Below are positions 18,101 through 27,604 of a stretch of DNA of 64,000 nucleotides, piece after piece. This stretch comes from Clostridiales bacterium (GTDB taxonomy: Bacteria > Bacillota > Clostridia > Christensenellales > CAG-138): assembly GCA_015056105.1 (NCBI GenBank), contig SVGX01000001.1, positions 33,023-97,022 on the forward strand, in the 5' to 3' direction. The notes below the pieces were generated by a model that saw only the letters and a program-made list of their open reading frames with translations, had not been told where the DNA came from and did not search any database. How positions within the stretch are numbered: position 1 is the stretch's first letter; the number at the start of each line of letters is the position of its first letter. Both the position numbers and the translations under genes were made by a program.

Positions 18101-18850
18101 ATGGCACGCAAACCCATCATCGCGGGCAACTGGAAAATGAATATGACGCCCGCAGAAGCAAAAGAACTGATCGCCGCTCTCATCCCCCTTGTACAGGATG
18201 CGGCGGCGGATGTGGTCATCTGCCCGCCCTATCTTGCCATTCCCACCGCGGCGGAGCTTGTAAAGGGCACCAATATCGCCCTCGGCGCGCAGAACATCCA
18301 TTGGGCGGAAAAGGGCGCTTTCACCGGCGAGATCAGTGCCAAGATGCTCAAGGAAGTGGGCGTTTCCTATGCTATCATCGGCCACAGCGAGCGCAGGCAA
18401 TATTTCGGCGAGACCGATGAGACCGTGAATATGCGCGCAAAGGCGGCCATCGCTGCGGGCATCACCCCCATCATCTGCGTGGGCGAATCCCTTGAAGAGC
18501 GCGAGACCGGCAAGACCGAAGCCATCGTTTCCGCCCAGACAGAAAAGGCTCTTGCGGGCATCGAAGCGAAAGATGTGAAAATCCTTGTGATCGCCTATGA
18601 ACCTATCTGGGCGATCGGTACCGGCAAGACCGCTACGAAGGAACAGGCCAACGAGACTATCGCATGCATCCGCAACACCGTAAAGAAGCTTTACGGCGAA
18701 GAGACTGCGGAAGCTGTCCGTATCCAGTACGGTGGCAGCATGAATCCCAAGAACGCTGCAGAGCTGATGGCAATGCCCGAGATCGACGGCGGTCTTATTG
18801 GCGGCGCAAGCCTGAAAGCGGAAGATTTTTCCAAAGTTGCGAAATATTGA
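18101..18850 (+). CDS. tpiA: triose-phosphate isomerase
   Basis: 249 aa. IIAGNWKMN...IIGHSERR...AYEPIWAIGTG...YGGS. Confidence 0.95.
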   Translation: MARKPIIAGNWKMNMTPAEAKELIAALIPLVQDAAADVVICPPYLAIPTAAELVKGTNIALGAQNIHWAEKGAFTGEISAKMLKEVGVSYAIIGHSERRQYFGETDETVNMRAKAAIAAGITPIICVGESLEERETGKTEAIVSAQTEKALAGIEAKDVKILVIAYEPIWAIGTGKTATKEQANETIACIRNTVKKLYGEETAEAVRIQYGGSMNPKNAAELMAMPEIDGGLIGGASLKAEDFSKVAKY

Positions 18851-18857
18851 GGTCGGT

Positions 18858-20342
18858 ATGAGCATTACGGCATTGATGATCCTTGACGGCTTCGGCTGCA
18901 GGAAAAACGAACAGGGCAACGCCATCAAGGCGGACGGCGCGAAGAATATCGAAGCACTGTGGCGGGAATATCCCCATACCACCATCGAAGCTTCCGGTAA
19001 CGCGGTGGGCCTTCCCGAAGGGCAGATGGGCAACAGCGAAGTGGGCCACCTGAACATCGGCGCGGGCCGCATCGTATATCAGGAGCTTACCCGCATTACC
19101 AAGTCTATCAAGGATGGCGACTTCTTTGAAAATGAAGCCTTCCTCGGCGCGGTGAAAAACTGCAAAGAACACGGCAGCAAGCTGCACCTTTACGGCCTTT
19201 TGAGCGATGGCGGCGTGCACAGCCACTTTACTCACCTTTGCGCCCTTGTAAAGCTTGCGAAAGAACAGGGGCTCAAGGATGTTTTCATCCATTGCTTCAT
19301 GGATGGCCGCGATGTGCCGCCCGAAAGCGGCAAGGGCTTTGTCCATGCGCTTAAGGAAGAGCTTGCTTCCATCGGCTGCGGCAGCATCGCCACCGTGATG
19401 GGCCGCTATTATGCCATGGACCGTGACAACCGCTATGAGCGTGTGGAAAAGGCGTATGCAGCCCTTGTATACGGCGAAGGCGTCAAGGCAGAGGACCCGG
19501 AAGACGCCATGCAGACATCCTACGATGCGGGCGTGACCGATGAGTTTGTGGTGCCTGTCGTCATCGAAAAGGATGGCAAACCTGTTGCTTCGGTCGGCGA
19601 AAACGACAGCATCATCTTTTTCAACTTCCGTCCCGACCGCGCCCGCGAGATCACCCGTTCCTTCATCTATCCCGATTTTGACGGCTTTGAAAGGAAAAAG
19701 GGTTTCTTCCCGGTGCACTATGTCTGTATGACCCAGTATGATAAATCCTTCGGCGACAAGGTGGATATCGCCTTCCGTCCCGTGAGCCTGACCAACACCC
19801 TCGGCGAACATCTTGCCGCCGCCGGAAAGACCCAGCTTCGCATTGCGGAAACAGAAAAATATGCCCATGTTACCTTCTTTTTCAACGGCGGTGTGGAAGC
19901 GCCCAATGCCAATGAAGATCGGGCGCTGATTCCTTCTCCGAAGGTTGCGACCTATGACCTTCAGCCGGAAATGAGCGCCTATGAGGTAGCGGAGGAAGCG
20001 GTGAAACGCATCGAAAGCGGTAAGTATGATGTGATGATCCTCAACTTTGCAAACCCGGATATGGTGGGGCATACCGGCGTGATGGATGCAGCCGTCAAAG
20101 CCGTCCATGCGGTGGATGAATGCGCCCTCAAGGTGGTGGATGCGATCCGCGCTGCGGGCGGCCGTGTCATCATTACCGCTGACCACGGCAACTGCGAGCA
20201 GATGTACGGCGAAGGCGGTGAGCCCTTTACTGCCCATACCACCAATCCCGTGCCGCTCATTCTTGTGGATGATGCGAAAAAGGATGTGCAGCTGAGGGAG
20301 GGCGGCAAGCTTTGCGATATCGCCCCACTCTTCTTAAGCTGA
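18858..20342 (+). CDS. gpmI: 2,3-bisphosphoglycerate-independent phosphoglycerate mutase, with an apparent frameshift in its last ~20 codons (canonical C-terminus continues in another frame to 20389)
   Basis: MSITALMILDGFG...NSEVGHLNIGAGR...ADHGN. The annotated frame ends ...DIAPLFLS*, whereas the +1 frame reads TLLKLMEMPIPAEMTGESLI*. Confidence 0.9.
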   Translation: MSITALMILDGFGCRKNEQGNAIKADGAKNIEALWREYPHTTIEASGNAVGLPEGQMGNSEVGHLNIGAGRIVYQELTRITKSIKDGDFFENEAFLGAVKNCKEHGSKLHLYGLLSDGGVHSHFTHLCALVKLAKEQGLKDVFIHCFMDGRDVPPESGKGFVHALKEELASIGCGSIATVMGRYYAMDRDNRYERVEKAYAALVYGEGVKAEDPEDAMQTSYDAGVTDEFVVPVVIEKDGKPVASVGENDSIIFFNFRPDRAREITRSFIYPDFDGFERKKGFFPVHYVCMTQYDKSFGDKVDIAFRPVSLTNTLGEHLAAAGKTQLRIAETEKYAHVTFFFNGGVEAPNANEDRALIPSPKVATYDLQPEMSAYEVAEEAVKRIESGKYDVMILNFANPDMVGHTGVMDAAVKAVHAVDECALKVVDAIRAAGGRVIITADHGNCEQMYGEGGEPFTAHTTNPVPLILVDDAKKDVQLREGGKLCDIAPLFLS

Positions 20343-20503
20343 TGGAAATGCCCATTCCTGCCGAGATGACGGGCGAAAGCCTGATCTGAGCAAAAAAATG
20401 CCGAAAAAGCGAAGCTTTCTTTTGAAGAAACCGCGAAAACGCTTGCGCTTTCGGCCTTTGCATGATATAATGCCAGTTGCAGTCAATTAGGAGGTTGTAG
20501 TAA

Positions 20504-20737
20504 ATGTTAAGCACTATCGTTAACATAGTCCTCATTCTTGCTTCCATCGCGTTGATCGCTGTGGTTTTGATGCAGCAGACCAAGAGTGCCGGTCTCGGCG
20601 GCGCTTTCGGCGGCGATACCGCATCCTTTACCGCCCGCGGCCGCGCAGCCAGCAAGGAAGCAAAGCTTCAGAAGATCACTGTGATCCTTGCCGCCGTGAT
20701 CGGCGTTCTTGCGATCGCTATGATGATCATCGCATAA
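20504..20737 (+). CDS. secG: preprotein translocase subunit SecG
   Basis: 77 aa with two TM helices. MQQTKSAGLGGAFGG is the SecG signature. Confidence 0.85.
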   Translation: MLSTIVNIVLILASIALIAVVLMQQTKSAGLGGAFGGDTASFTARGRAASKEAKLQKITVILAAVIGVLAIAMMIIA

Positions 20738-20754
20738 GCGAAACACAACACCGG

Positions 20755-20790
20755 TGTGCCTGCAGCAATGCAGGCACATTTTTTTGTTTT
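20755..20790 (+). terminator. intrinsic terminator after secG
   Basis: TGTGCCTGCA-GCAA-TGCAGGCACA followed by TTTTTTTGTTTT. Confidence 0.85.
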
Positions 20791-20831
20791 GATTCCTTTC
20801 TGAAAAGGGAATGCTGTCATAGAGAAAGAAG

Positions 20832-23111
20832 GTGAAGAAAACGGAAAAGATCACAATGGAAGCACGGATCGCGGAAGCGCTGCGCGATGCGGGAAGGCCA
20901 ATCGAACAGCAGGCGCTTCTTGATACATTCCTGCCGGGAGAGCAGGAAGAGGCCATGGCTGCGGTGGGTAAAATGCTGGCGGGCGGCAAGCTTCTTTTTA
21001 CAAAAAAACGCAAGATTGCTTTGCCGGAACAAAGCGGCCTTCGCTGCGGTCGCGTGCAGGGCAACGCAAGGGGCTTTGGTTTCTTTATCCCGGATGATGG
21101 CGGAAACGACCTTTATATTCCGGCGGAGGATATGCGCGGCGCCATGCATGGCGACAAGGTATGGATACGGGAATCGCCCCGCATCGGCCGAAACGGCGCA
21201 CCGGAGGCGGAGGTCGTCCTTATCGCGGAGCGCGCACTGACGCGCATCGTGGGCACTTATGAAAAGGATGATGATGAATTCGGCTATGTGATCCCGGATG
21301 ATACGCGCATCGCGGAGGATGTGCTGCTGTTTCGCCCCACGGAACAGAAGCTTCACCACGGCGACAAGGTCGTTGTCAGGATCACACAGCATGGTGACGG
21401 ACGCCGTCCCATGATGGGCGAGATTGAAGAAGTGCTCGGCAGCAGGAATGAAGCGGGAACGGATATCCTTTCCATCATTAAACGTCTTGATCTTCCCACC
21501 GATTTTTCAAAGGCTGCGCTCAGACACGCAAAGCTTCTCAACCGGCCCGTATCCGCAGAGACAATTGCCGCAAGGGAAGACCTTCGCGGTATGAAGATCA
21601 TTACCATCGACGGTGCGGATGCGAAAGATCTTGATGATGCCGTATCCCTCACCGAAACGGGCGGAAAATGGCTTCTCGGCGTGCATATCGCGGATGTCAG
21701 TCATTATGTAAAGCCCGGTACAGCCCTCGATAAGGAAGCCTTTTCGCGGGGTACCAGCGTCTATTTACCGGATCGGGTGCTGCCCATGTTCCCCCCGGAT
21801 GTATCAAACGGCGTCTGTTCCCTAACGGAAGGCACGGAAAAGCTGACACTTTCCTGCTTTATGGAAATCGGACAGGACGGCAGCATTCGCTCCTACCGCT
21901 TTGCGGAAACCGTTATCAAAACCGCTCACAGAATGACATACGATGATGTGAACGCCATCTTTGCGGGAGATACGGCCCTGCGGCAGCGCTACAGCGATGT
22001 TGTGCCCATGCTGGAGGAGATGTGCCGCCTGATGGGTGTGCTGCGCCAAAAGCGTGTGAAGCGCGGCTGCATCGATTTTGAGCTGCCGGAAGCAAAGATC
22101 ACACTGAATGAAGCAGGGAAGGCCGTGGATGTCAGGGTGGCAGAGCGGGGCAGCGCTCATCGAATGATCGAGGAATTCATGCTGGCTGCCAATGAGACCG
22201 TCGCACACCATGCGGATGATCTTGGCCTTTCCTTTGCTTACCGCGTCCACGAGAAACCGGATGAAACGAAGCTTGAGGATCTTAACGCCTTTCTGCATAC
22301 ACTGGGCTACGGCCTGAAAAACACGGGCCGTGTGCGGCCGATGGTCTTTCAGCGAATGCTTGAAAAGGCGAAAGGCACGCCGGAAGAAAGCGTGATCAGC
22401 CGGGTTGTGCTGCGCTCCATGCGCAAGGCGCGCTATGCGGCGGATTGTCTTGGTCACTTCGGCCTTGCGGCGGAATGTTACTGCCATTTCACTTCACCCA
22501 TCCGCCGTTATCCGGACCTTGTGGCTCACCGCATGCTCAAAGAGATCATACGCGGCAAAATGACTGCGAACCGGGTGAACAAATACGATGCTTTGCTGCC
22601 CGATATGATGCAGCATTGCTCCGATCGCGAGCTTGCGGCCATGGAAGCGGAACGGACGGCGGATGACCTTAAAAAGGCGGAATACATGCAAGGCTGTATT
22701 GGTGCGGTGGAGAGGGGAATCATCAGCGGCGTTACCCAGTTCGGTCTGTTTGTGGAATTTCCGAATACGACAGAGGGCATGGTGCGTATCGCGTCTATCC
22801 CCGGGGATTATTTCGCAGCGGATCTTAAGCATTTCAGACTTACAGGGAAAAGCAGCGGACGCACCTATTGCCTTGGCGACACGGTCAAAGTGCGCGTTTT
22901 AAGCGTGGATATGGCAAATGTAAGGGTGGAGCTTGAGCTCATTCCCGAAAAGGCGGAAAAGGCAGAAAAGACGGAAAAACGCAGTGCAAAAAAGCCGCAG
23001 GAACGCAAAAACATCGCGAAACGCGGGGATAAGAGACACGCTAAACGGCCCGAACGGAACGGGAAACGGCCGAAGCGTACGGGGAAAGTTGCAAAGCGCA
23101 AAGGAAAATAG
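20832..23111 (+). CDS. rnr: ribonuclease R
   Basis: 759 aa with an RNB domain (ITIDGADAKDLDDAVS...HFGLA...YCHFTSPIRRYPD), an S1 domain and a Lys/Arg-rich tail. The start could be GTG 20832 or ATG 20856. Confidence 0.92.
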   Translation: MKKTEKITMEARIAEALRDAGRPIEQQALLDTFLPGEQEEAMAAVGKMLAGGKLLFTKKRKIALPEQSGLRCGRVQGNARGFGFFIPDDGGNDLYIPAEDMRGAMHGDKVWIRESPRIGRNGAPEAEVVLIAERALTRIVGTYEKDDDEFGYVIPDDTRIAEDVLLFRPTEQKLHHGDKVVVRITQHGDGRRPMMGEIEEVLGSRNEAGTDILSIIKRLDLPTDFSKAALRHAKLLNRPVSAETIAAREDLRGMKIITIDGADAKDLDDAVSLTETGGKWLLGVHIADVSHYVKPGTALDKEAFSRGTSVYLPDRVLPMFPPDVSNGVCSLTEGTEKLTLSCFMEIGQDGSIRSYRFAETVIKTAHRMTYDDVNAIFAGDTALRQRYSDVVPMLEEMCRLMGVLRQKRVKRGCIDFELPEAKITLNEAGKAVDVRVAERGSAHRMIEEFMLAANETVAHHADDLGLSFAYRVHEKPDETKLEDLNAFLHTLGYGLKNTGRVRPMVFQRMLEKAKGTPEESVISRVVLRSMRKARYAADCLGHFGLAAECYCHFTSPIRRYPDLVAHRMLKEIIRGKMTANRVNKYDALLPDMMQHCSDRELAAMEAERTADDLKKAEYMQGCIGAVERGIISGVTQFGLFVEFPNTTEGMVRIASIPGDYFAADLKHFRLTGKSSGRTYCLGDTVKVRVLSVDMANVRVELELIPEKAEKAEKTEKRSAKKPQERKNIAKRGDKRHAKRPERNGKRPKRTGKVAKRKGK

Positions 23112-23153
23112 TATAATACAATGTACCGATTCGGGTAAGCTGCAAAAGAGGGG

Positions 23154-23630
23154 GTGAATGTGTTGCCGATCAAAAAAGGTGTCAGACAGATCGCGGAAAA
23201 CCGCAAAGCGCGGCATGAGTATTTCATCGAAGATACTTACGAATGCGGTCTTGCACTGGTGGGTACGGAAGTGAAGAGCATCCGTGCAGGCAAGGTGAAC
23301 CTCAAGGATTCCTACGCCCAGATCAAGAACGGCGAAGCATTCATCGTAGGCATGCATGTGAGCCCTTATGAACAGGGCAACATCTTCAATGCGGATCCCT
23401 TCCGCCAAAGAAAGCTGCTTCTCCATAAGCAGGAGATCCGAAAACTTCATACCCTTGCCCAGGCGGATGGTTACAGCCTCATTCCGTTAAGGCTCTACCT
23501 TCGCGATGGTCTTGTAAAGATGGAGCTGGCGGTGGCAAAGGGCAAAAAGCTTTACGATAAGCGCCACAGCATCGCGGAGCGCGACGCCAAGCGCGATATT
23601 GACCGCCGCATGAAAAATGCGGATTACTAA
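23154..23630 (+). CDS. smpB: SsrA-binding protein SmpB
   Basis: [30 protein letters not shown]...LLLHKQEI. The start is non-ATG (GTG 23154 or 23160). Confidence 0.92.
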   Translation: MNVLPIKKGVRQIAENRKARHEYFIEDTYECGLALVGTEVKSIRAGKVNLKDSYAQIKNGEAFIVGMHVSPYEQGNIFNADPFRQRKLLLHKQEIRKLHTLAQADGYSLIPLRLYLRDGLVKMELAVAKGKKLYDKRHSIAERDAKRDIDRRMKNADY

Positions 23631-23673
23631 CTAAAAAGCCTTTTAGCGCCGCAAGGGTACGACGGCGCAAAAT

Positions 23674-24025
23674 GGGGGCGTAAATGGTTTCGACGGGGAT
23701 CGCTGAAGCCGGATAAGCGAGCCGAAGCCCCGTGCTTCGTTAAAAACGGGAATTAAAAAATAACTGACGAATCTAATTTCGTACCCGTCGCTGCTTAAGC
23801 AGTGACCGTCCGTCCCCGGTTGCCCACGACCGGGCCAACGGGCGTCAATAATGTGGGGAACCAGCCTGCGTAAGCTTTGCCGCAGTTGGGATCTTATGAA
23901 GCTACCAAAGTCCTGACCCTGCCGTTGGGGGCAGGATGGAGGGAATAACAAAACAGCGGCTACGCTCGTAGAAAGTCTTGTGGACGGGTTTTCGGACAGG
24001 GGTTCGACTCCCCTCGCCTCCACCA
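23674..24025 (+). ncRNA. ssrA: tmRNA (SsrA), 352 nt including CCA; tag reading frame GAC..GCT TAA at 23766-23798, giving (A)DESNFVPVAA
   Basis: The 5' end GGGGGCGTAAATGGTTTCGACGGGG pairs with the 3' end CGCCTCCACCA, including a G3:U pair. The T-arm is GGTTCGACTCC. The TAACT-GAC resume context parallels the Bacillus TAACT-GGC. The gene lies immediately downstream of smpB. Confidence 0.92.
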
Positions 24026-24032
24026 AATCAAA

Positions 24033-24060
24033 AAACCACCCATATGGGTGGTGTTTTGAT
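24033..24060 (+). terminator. intrinsic terminator after ssrA
   Basis: ACCACCCA-TA-TGGGTGGT followed by GTTTTGATTT. Confidence 0.75.
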
Positions 24061-24314
24061 TTGTAGAAGAAGGGAGTCGAAGCCGTGTGCCCGAAGGGCA
24101 AAATCGCTCCGGTGGAGCGATTTTAACAGTCGGATTTTGCGGCACAGGCTCGTCGCCGCAAGCTGCACATCCTTCGCGGTAACGCTGTGCGTTCCCTCTC
24201 AGTCGTTCCGCTGCGCCTCCTCTCCGCAAAAATCACGTTCTGCTCGCCTGCTCGGTTGCAAGTGACCTCGCAGCGGCTGCGCTGTCGCTACCAACTTTTT
24301 GCGGTTCACTTCAC

Positions 24315-24344
24315 TTGACATTTTTTGCGTCTTTGCTGTATGCT
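24315..24344 (+). promoter_or_regulatory. candidate promoter of the ferredoxin gene
   Basis: TTGACA (24315-24320), an 18-nt spacer, then TATGCT (24339-24344). Confidence 0.45.
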
Positions 24345-24389
24345 GAAACCGGAAAGAGAATCCATACTTATCACGAGGAGGAAACGATC

Positions 24390-24626
24390 ATGGCATATGT
24401 GATCACGGATGATTGTGTTGCCTGCGGGCTCTGCGCCCGGAAATGCCCGATGGATGCCATTACGGAGGGCGATGATATTTATCAGATCAATGCGAGGCTT
24501 TGCGTTGACTGCGCCGCATGCGCGGAGGAATGCCCTGTTGAGGCGATCCATAAGGTAGGGGCAGCGGCGGAAGCCAAGCCGGAAAAGAAAAAGAAGAAAG
24601 GCCTGTTCGGTCTGTTTTCAAAATAA
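24390..24626 (+). CDS. 2x[4Fe-4S] ferredoxin with Lys-rich C-terminal tail
   Basis: The start was trimmed to MAYVITDDCVACGLCARKCP...CVDCAACAEECP (two CxxCxxCxxxCP motifs). The SD GAGGAGG lies upstream. Confidence 0.85.
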   Translation: MAYVITDDCVACGLCARKCPMDAITEGDDIYQINARLCVDCAACAEECPVEAIHKVGAAAEAKPEKKKKKGLFGLFSK

Positions 24627-24685
24627 GGTTCTGCACCGCTTGTTCGAAACGCAAGAGCGGGGCGAAGGTTTTATATCTGCATAAT

Positions 24686-24729
24686 AAAAAACGCCGCGGC
24701 GATCATGTGATCGTCCGCGGCTTTCTTTG
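24686..24729. terminator. bidirectional terminator between the ferredoxin gene and the convergent opp operon
   Basis: AAAAAACGCCGCGGCGATCA-TG-TGATCGTCCGCGGCTTTCTTT. Confidence 0.7.
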
Positions 24730-24751
24730 GATTGGATAAGCTTTAAAGCTT

Positions 24752-25729
24752 TTATTTGTTGAACAGGTGGCAGGCCACAAAGTGACCGGGCTCCATCTCG
24801 CGGGCTTCCGGTACCTGCTCGGAGCAGATACCCATGCAGTGCTCGCAGCGATCGTGGAAGGAGCAGCCCTTGGGCGGGTTGGCCGGGCTGGGCACGTCGC
24901 CCTCAAGGCGGATGCGCTTCTTGTCCTCCAGCGGGTCACGCTTGGGAATGGCGGAAAGCAGTGCCTGGGTGTAGGGATGCATGGGTTTTTGGTACACATC
25001 CTCCGTGTTGCCCATTTCCACGATGCGGCCAAGATACATGACGCCAACGCGGTTGCTGATGTGGCGCACAACATTCAGGTCGTGGGAGATGAAGAGGTAG
25101 GAAAGCTCCATATTCTTCTGCAGATCCATGAGAAGGTTCAGGATCTGGGCCTGAATGGAAACGTCAAGGGCGCTGACGGGCTCGTCTGCCACGACGAACT
25201 TGGGCTTGGTAATCAGCGCGCGGGCGATGCTGATACGCTGGCGCTGGCCGCCGGAGAACTGATGCGGGTAGCGCTCAAGATGCTCCGGGTTAATGCCCAC
25301 GGCTTCGGTGATCCACTTGATCTGCTCTTCCGTCTCGGCAGGGGTGAGCTGGAAGTGGGTATCAAGGGGCTCCTCAAGAAGCTTGCGCACCGTCATGCGG
25401 GGGTTCAGGGAAGAATAGGGATCCTGGAACACCAGCTGCATGTTGCGGCGCATCTTACGCATGCTTTCCTTATCAAGCTGGCAAAGATCCTGGCCGTCAA
25501 AGATGATCTTGCCGTTGGTGGGCTCGATCAGGCGCAGGATGGTGCGGCCTGTGGTGGATTTACCGCAGCCGGACTCACCAACAAGGCTGAAGGTCTCCTT
25601 TTCCCGGATCTGGAAGGACACATCTTCCACTGCGTGCACATAGCCAACGGTTTTGCGCACAACGCCGCCGAGGATGGGGAAGTAGGTCTGCAGATGCTGT
25701 ACGTCAAAAAGTACTTTCTGTTCGCTCAT
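24752..25729 (-). CDS. oppF: oligopeptide/dipeptide ABC transporter ATP-binding protein
   Basis: 325 aa. Walker [10 protein letters not shown], signature FSGGQRQR, and the C-terminal Opp-type extension. Confidence 0.88.
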   Translation of the reverse strand: MSEQKVLFDVQHLQTYFPILGGVVRKTVGYVHAVEDVSFQIREKETFSLVGESGCGKSTTGRTILRLIEPTNGKIIFDGQDLCQLDKESMRKMRRNMQLVFQDPYSSLNPRMTVRKLLEEPLDTHFQLTPAETEEQIKWITEAVGINPEHLERYPHQFSGGQRQRISIARALITKPKFVVADEPVSALDVSIQAQILNLLMDLQKNMELSYLFISHDLNVVRHISNRVGVMYLGRIVEMGNTEDVYQKPMHPYTQALLSAIPKRDPLEDKKRIRLEGDVPSPANPPKGCSFHDRCEHCMGICSEQVPEAREMEPGHFVACHLFNK

Positions 25730-25732
25730 ACG

Positions 25733-26740
25733 TTACGCCTCCTCTACTGCGCCGTCAATGTGGAGCCAGCAGCGGCACTTATGGCCGGTTTCGATCTCAA
25801 CAAGCGGTGGGCATTCGGTCTTGCACTTATCCATGCAGCGGTTGCAGCGGTCTGCAAAGCGGCAGCCGGAGCTAAAGTTGCCTGCAGAGGGAACCATACC
25901 CTTGATGGTGTAAAGCTCTTTCTTCGCGTTGCCAAGGCTGTTGATGGAGCGGAGCAGGCCCTCGGTATAGGGATGCGCGGTGTTGTGGAAAATATCCACA
26001 ACGCTGGCTTCTTCAACGACCTGACCCGCATAGAATACCGCCACGTGCTCACAGGTCTCGGCGATAACGCCAAGGTCATGCGTGATCATGATCACGGAGG
26101 TATCGTAGCTTTCCCGAAGCTCGTTCATCAGGTCAAGGATCTGGGCCTGAATGGTCACGTCAAGGGCGGTGGTGGGCTCATCGGCGATAAGAAGGCGCGG
26201 GTTGTTGATGAGGGCGATGGCGATCATCACGCGCTGCAGCATACCGCCGGAAAGGTGGTGGGGATAATCCCGAAGGATCTCTTCCGCACGGGGGATCTTC
26301 ACCTTTTTGAGCATTTCAAGGGAGGCATCGTGCATTTCCGCCTTGGTCATGTTGGTATGGAAGCTGAGGGCCTCATTGATCTGCTGCTCAATGGTGTACA
26401 TGGGGTCAAGGGCGGTCATGGGCTCCTGGAAGATCATGGAGATCTCGTTACCGCGGATCTTGCAGAGATCCTGCGGCGCCATGCCGACGATCTCCTGCTC
26501 CATGCCGTTGCTGTTCTGGAAACGGATGGAGCTGCCTTTGCCAACCTTGAGAGGGTAGGAAAGAAGGCCCATGATGGCGTTGCAGGTGATGGATTTGCCG
26601 CAGCCGGATTCGCCGACTACGCCGAAGTTTTGTTTCTTGTTGATATTAAGGTCAATGCCTTCCACCAGCTTGATGGGAGGGAGCTTCTTGCCTCTGGGCA
26701 AATCGATAGAGAGATTGCGAATCTCAAGCAGATGATCCAT
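25733..26740 (-). CDS. oppD: oligopeptide/dipeptide ABC transporter ATP-binding protein
   Basis: The start was trimmed to [11 protein letters not shown], 10 nt after AGGAGG. Walker A GESGCGKS, signature LSGGMLQR. Confidence 0.88.
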   Translation of the reverse strand: MDHLLEIRNLSIDLPRGKKLPPIKLVEGIDLNINKKQNFGVVGESGCGKSITCNAIMGLLSYPLKVGKGSSIRFQNSNGMEQEIVGMAPQDLCKIRGNEISMIFQEPMTALDPMYTIEQQINEALSFHTNMTKAEMHDASLEMLKKVKIPRAEEILRDYPHHLSGGMLQRVMIAIALINNPRLLIADEPTTALDVTIQAQILDLMNELRESYDTSVIMITHDLGVIAETCEHVAVFYAGQVVEEASVVDIFHNTAHPYTEGLLRSINSLGNAKKELYTIKGMVPSAGNFSSGCRFADRCNRCMDKCKTECPPLVEIETGHKCRCWLHIDGAVEEA

Positions 26741-26757
26741 ATCTATCTTTCCTCCTA

Positions 26758-27603
26758 TCAAAGTTTCAGTTTCGGGTCAAGCACGTCGCGCAGACTGTCG
26801 CCCAAAACGTTGAAGAGCAGAATGGTGATGACGATGAAGATCGTGGGGAAGATGACCATCCAGGGAGCCTGCTCCATGTAGGCGCGGGCTTCGGAAAGCA
26901 TGGAACCCCAAGAAGGATCCGGCGGCTGGATGCCAAGGCCAAGGAAGCTCATGGCAGCCTCGGTCAGGATGGCGCCGGAAAGGGCCAGCGTAGACTGGAC
27001 CGTGAAGGGTGCGATGACATTGGGGGAGATGTGGCGCACAAGCACGTTGAATGTTTTAACGCCAACGCTCTGGGCGTTCTTTACATACTCAAGTCCCTTT
27101 GCCGCAATGACGGATGCACGAACCGTGCGGGCAAATACCGGGATGTTAACGATACCGATTGCCACCATCGTTGCGCCAAGACCGCGGCCGAGAACCGTGG
27201 AGATCAGGATCGCGAGGAGGATGGAGGGGAATGCGAACAGGATATCCATGATGCGCATGATAATGGTATCGGCCCAGCCCTCAAAGTAACCGGCGATCAT
27301 GCCGACAACGTAGCCGGCGCCGGCACCGATGCCAACGGCAATAAGGCCAACCCAAAGGGAAACGCGGGCGCCGTAGATCACGCGGCTGAAGACATCGCGG
27401 CCATAGTTATCCGTGCCGAAGATATAATCCGGTGCGGGAGCGGACTTGGGCGCTGCGATCATATGATCCGGCTCGTAAGGAGCAATAACGGGAGCCATTA
27501 CCGCGGTAACGATGATCAGAAAGATGCCCACGATGCAGACGCGCGCCATGGGATCGCGCCAAAGATCTTTGATGGTTTGTCCAAATCTTCTCAAAGTGCT
27601 CAC
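26758..27603 (-). CDS. oppC: oligopeptide ABC transporter permease
   Basis: 281 aa, polytopic, BPD-transporter EAA-type region. The GTG start is 1 nt after the oppB stop. Confidence 0.85.
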   Translation of the reverse strand: MSTLRRFGQTIKDLWRDPMARVCIVGIFLIIVTAVMAPVIAPYEPDHMIAAPKSAPAPDYIFGTDNYGRDVFSRVIYGARVSLWVGLIAVGIGAGAGYVVGMIAGYFEGWADTIIMRIMDILFAFPSILLAILISTVLGRGLGATMVAIGIVNIPVFARTVRASVIAAKGLEYVKNAQSVGVKTFNVLVRHISPNVIAPFTVQSTLALSGAILTEAAMSFLGLGIQPPDPSWGSMLSEARAYMEQAPWMVIFPTIFIVITILLFNVLGDSLRDVLDPKLKL

Positions 27604-27604
27604 C

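Noticed and set aside
23643-24265. ORFs of 152, 89 and 95 aa overlapping tmRNA and its downstream region
   Set aside because: They overlap the ssrA RNA gene and its terminators. They have no SD and their translations are low-complexity.
24767-26881. 704-aa plus-strand ORF across oppF/oppD, and similar long antisense ORFs at 10776-12611, 18795-20237, 28673-30472, 32458-33960, 42156-43082 and 47708-50122
   Set aside because: Each lies opposite a confidently identified gene (opp, rnj, gpmI, oppA, anmK, icd, priA/def) and has low-complexity G/A/R/H/K-rich translations. They are treated as GC-driven artefacts.
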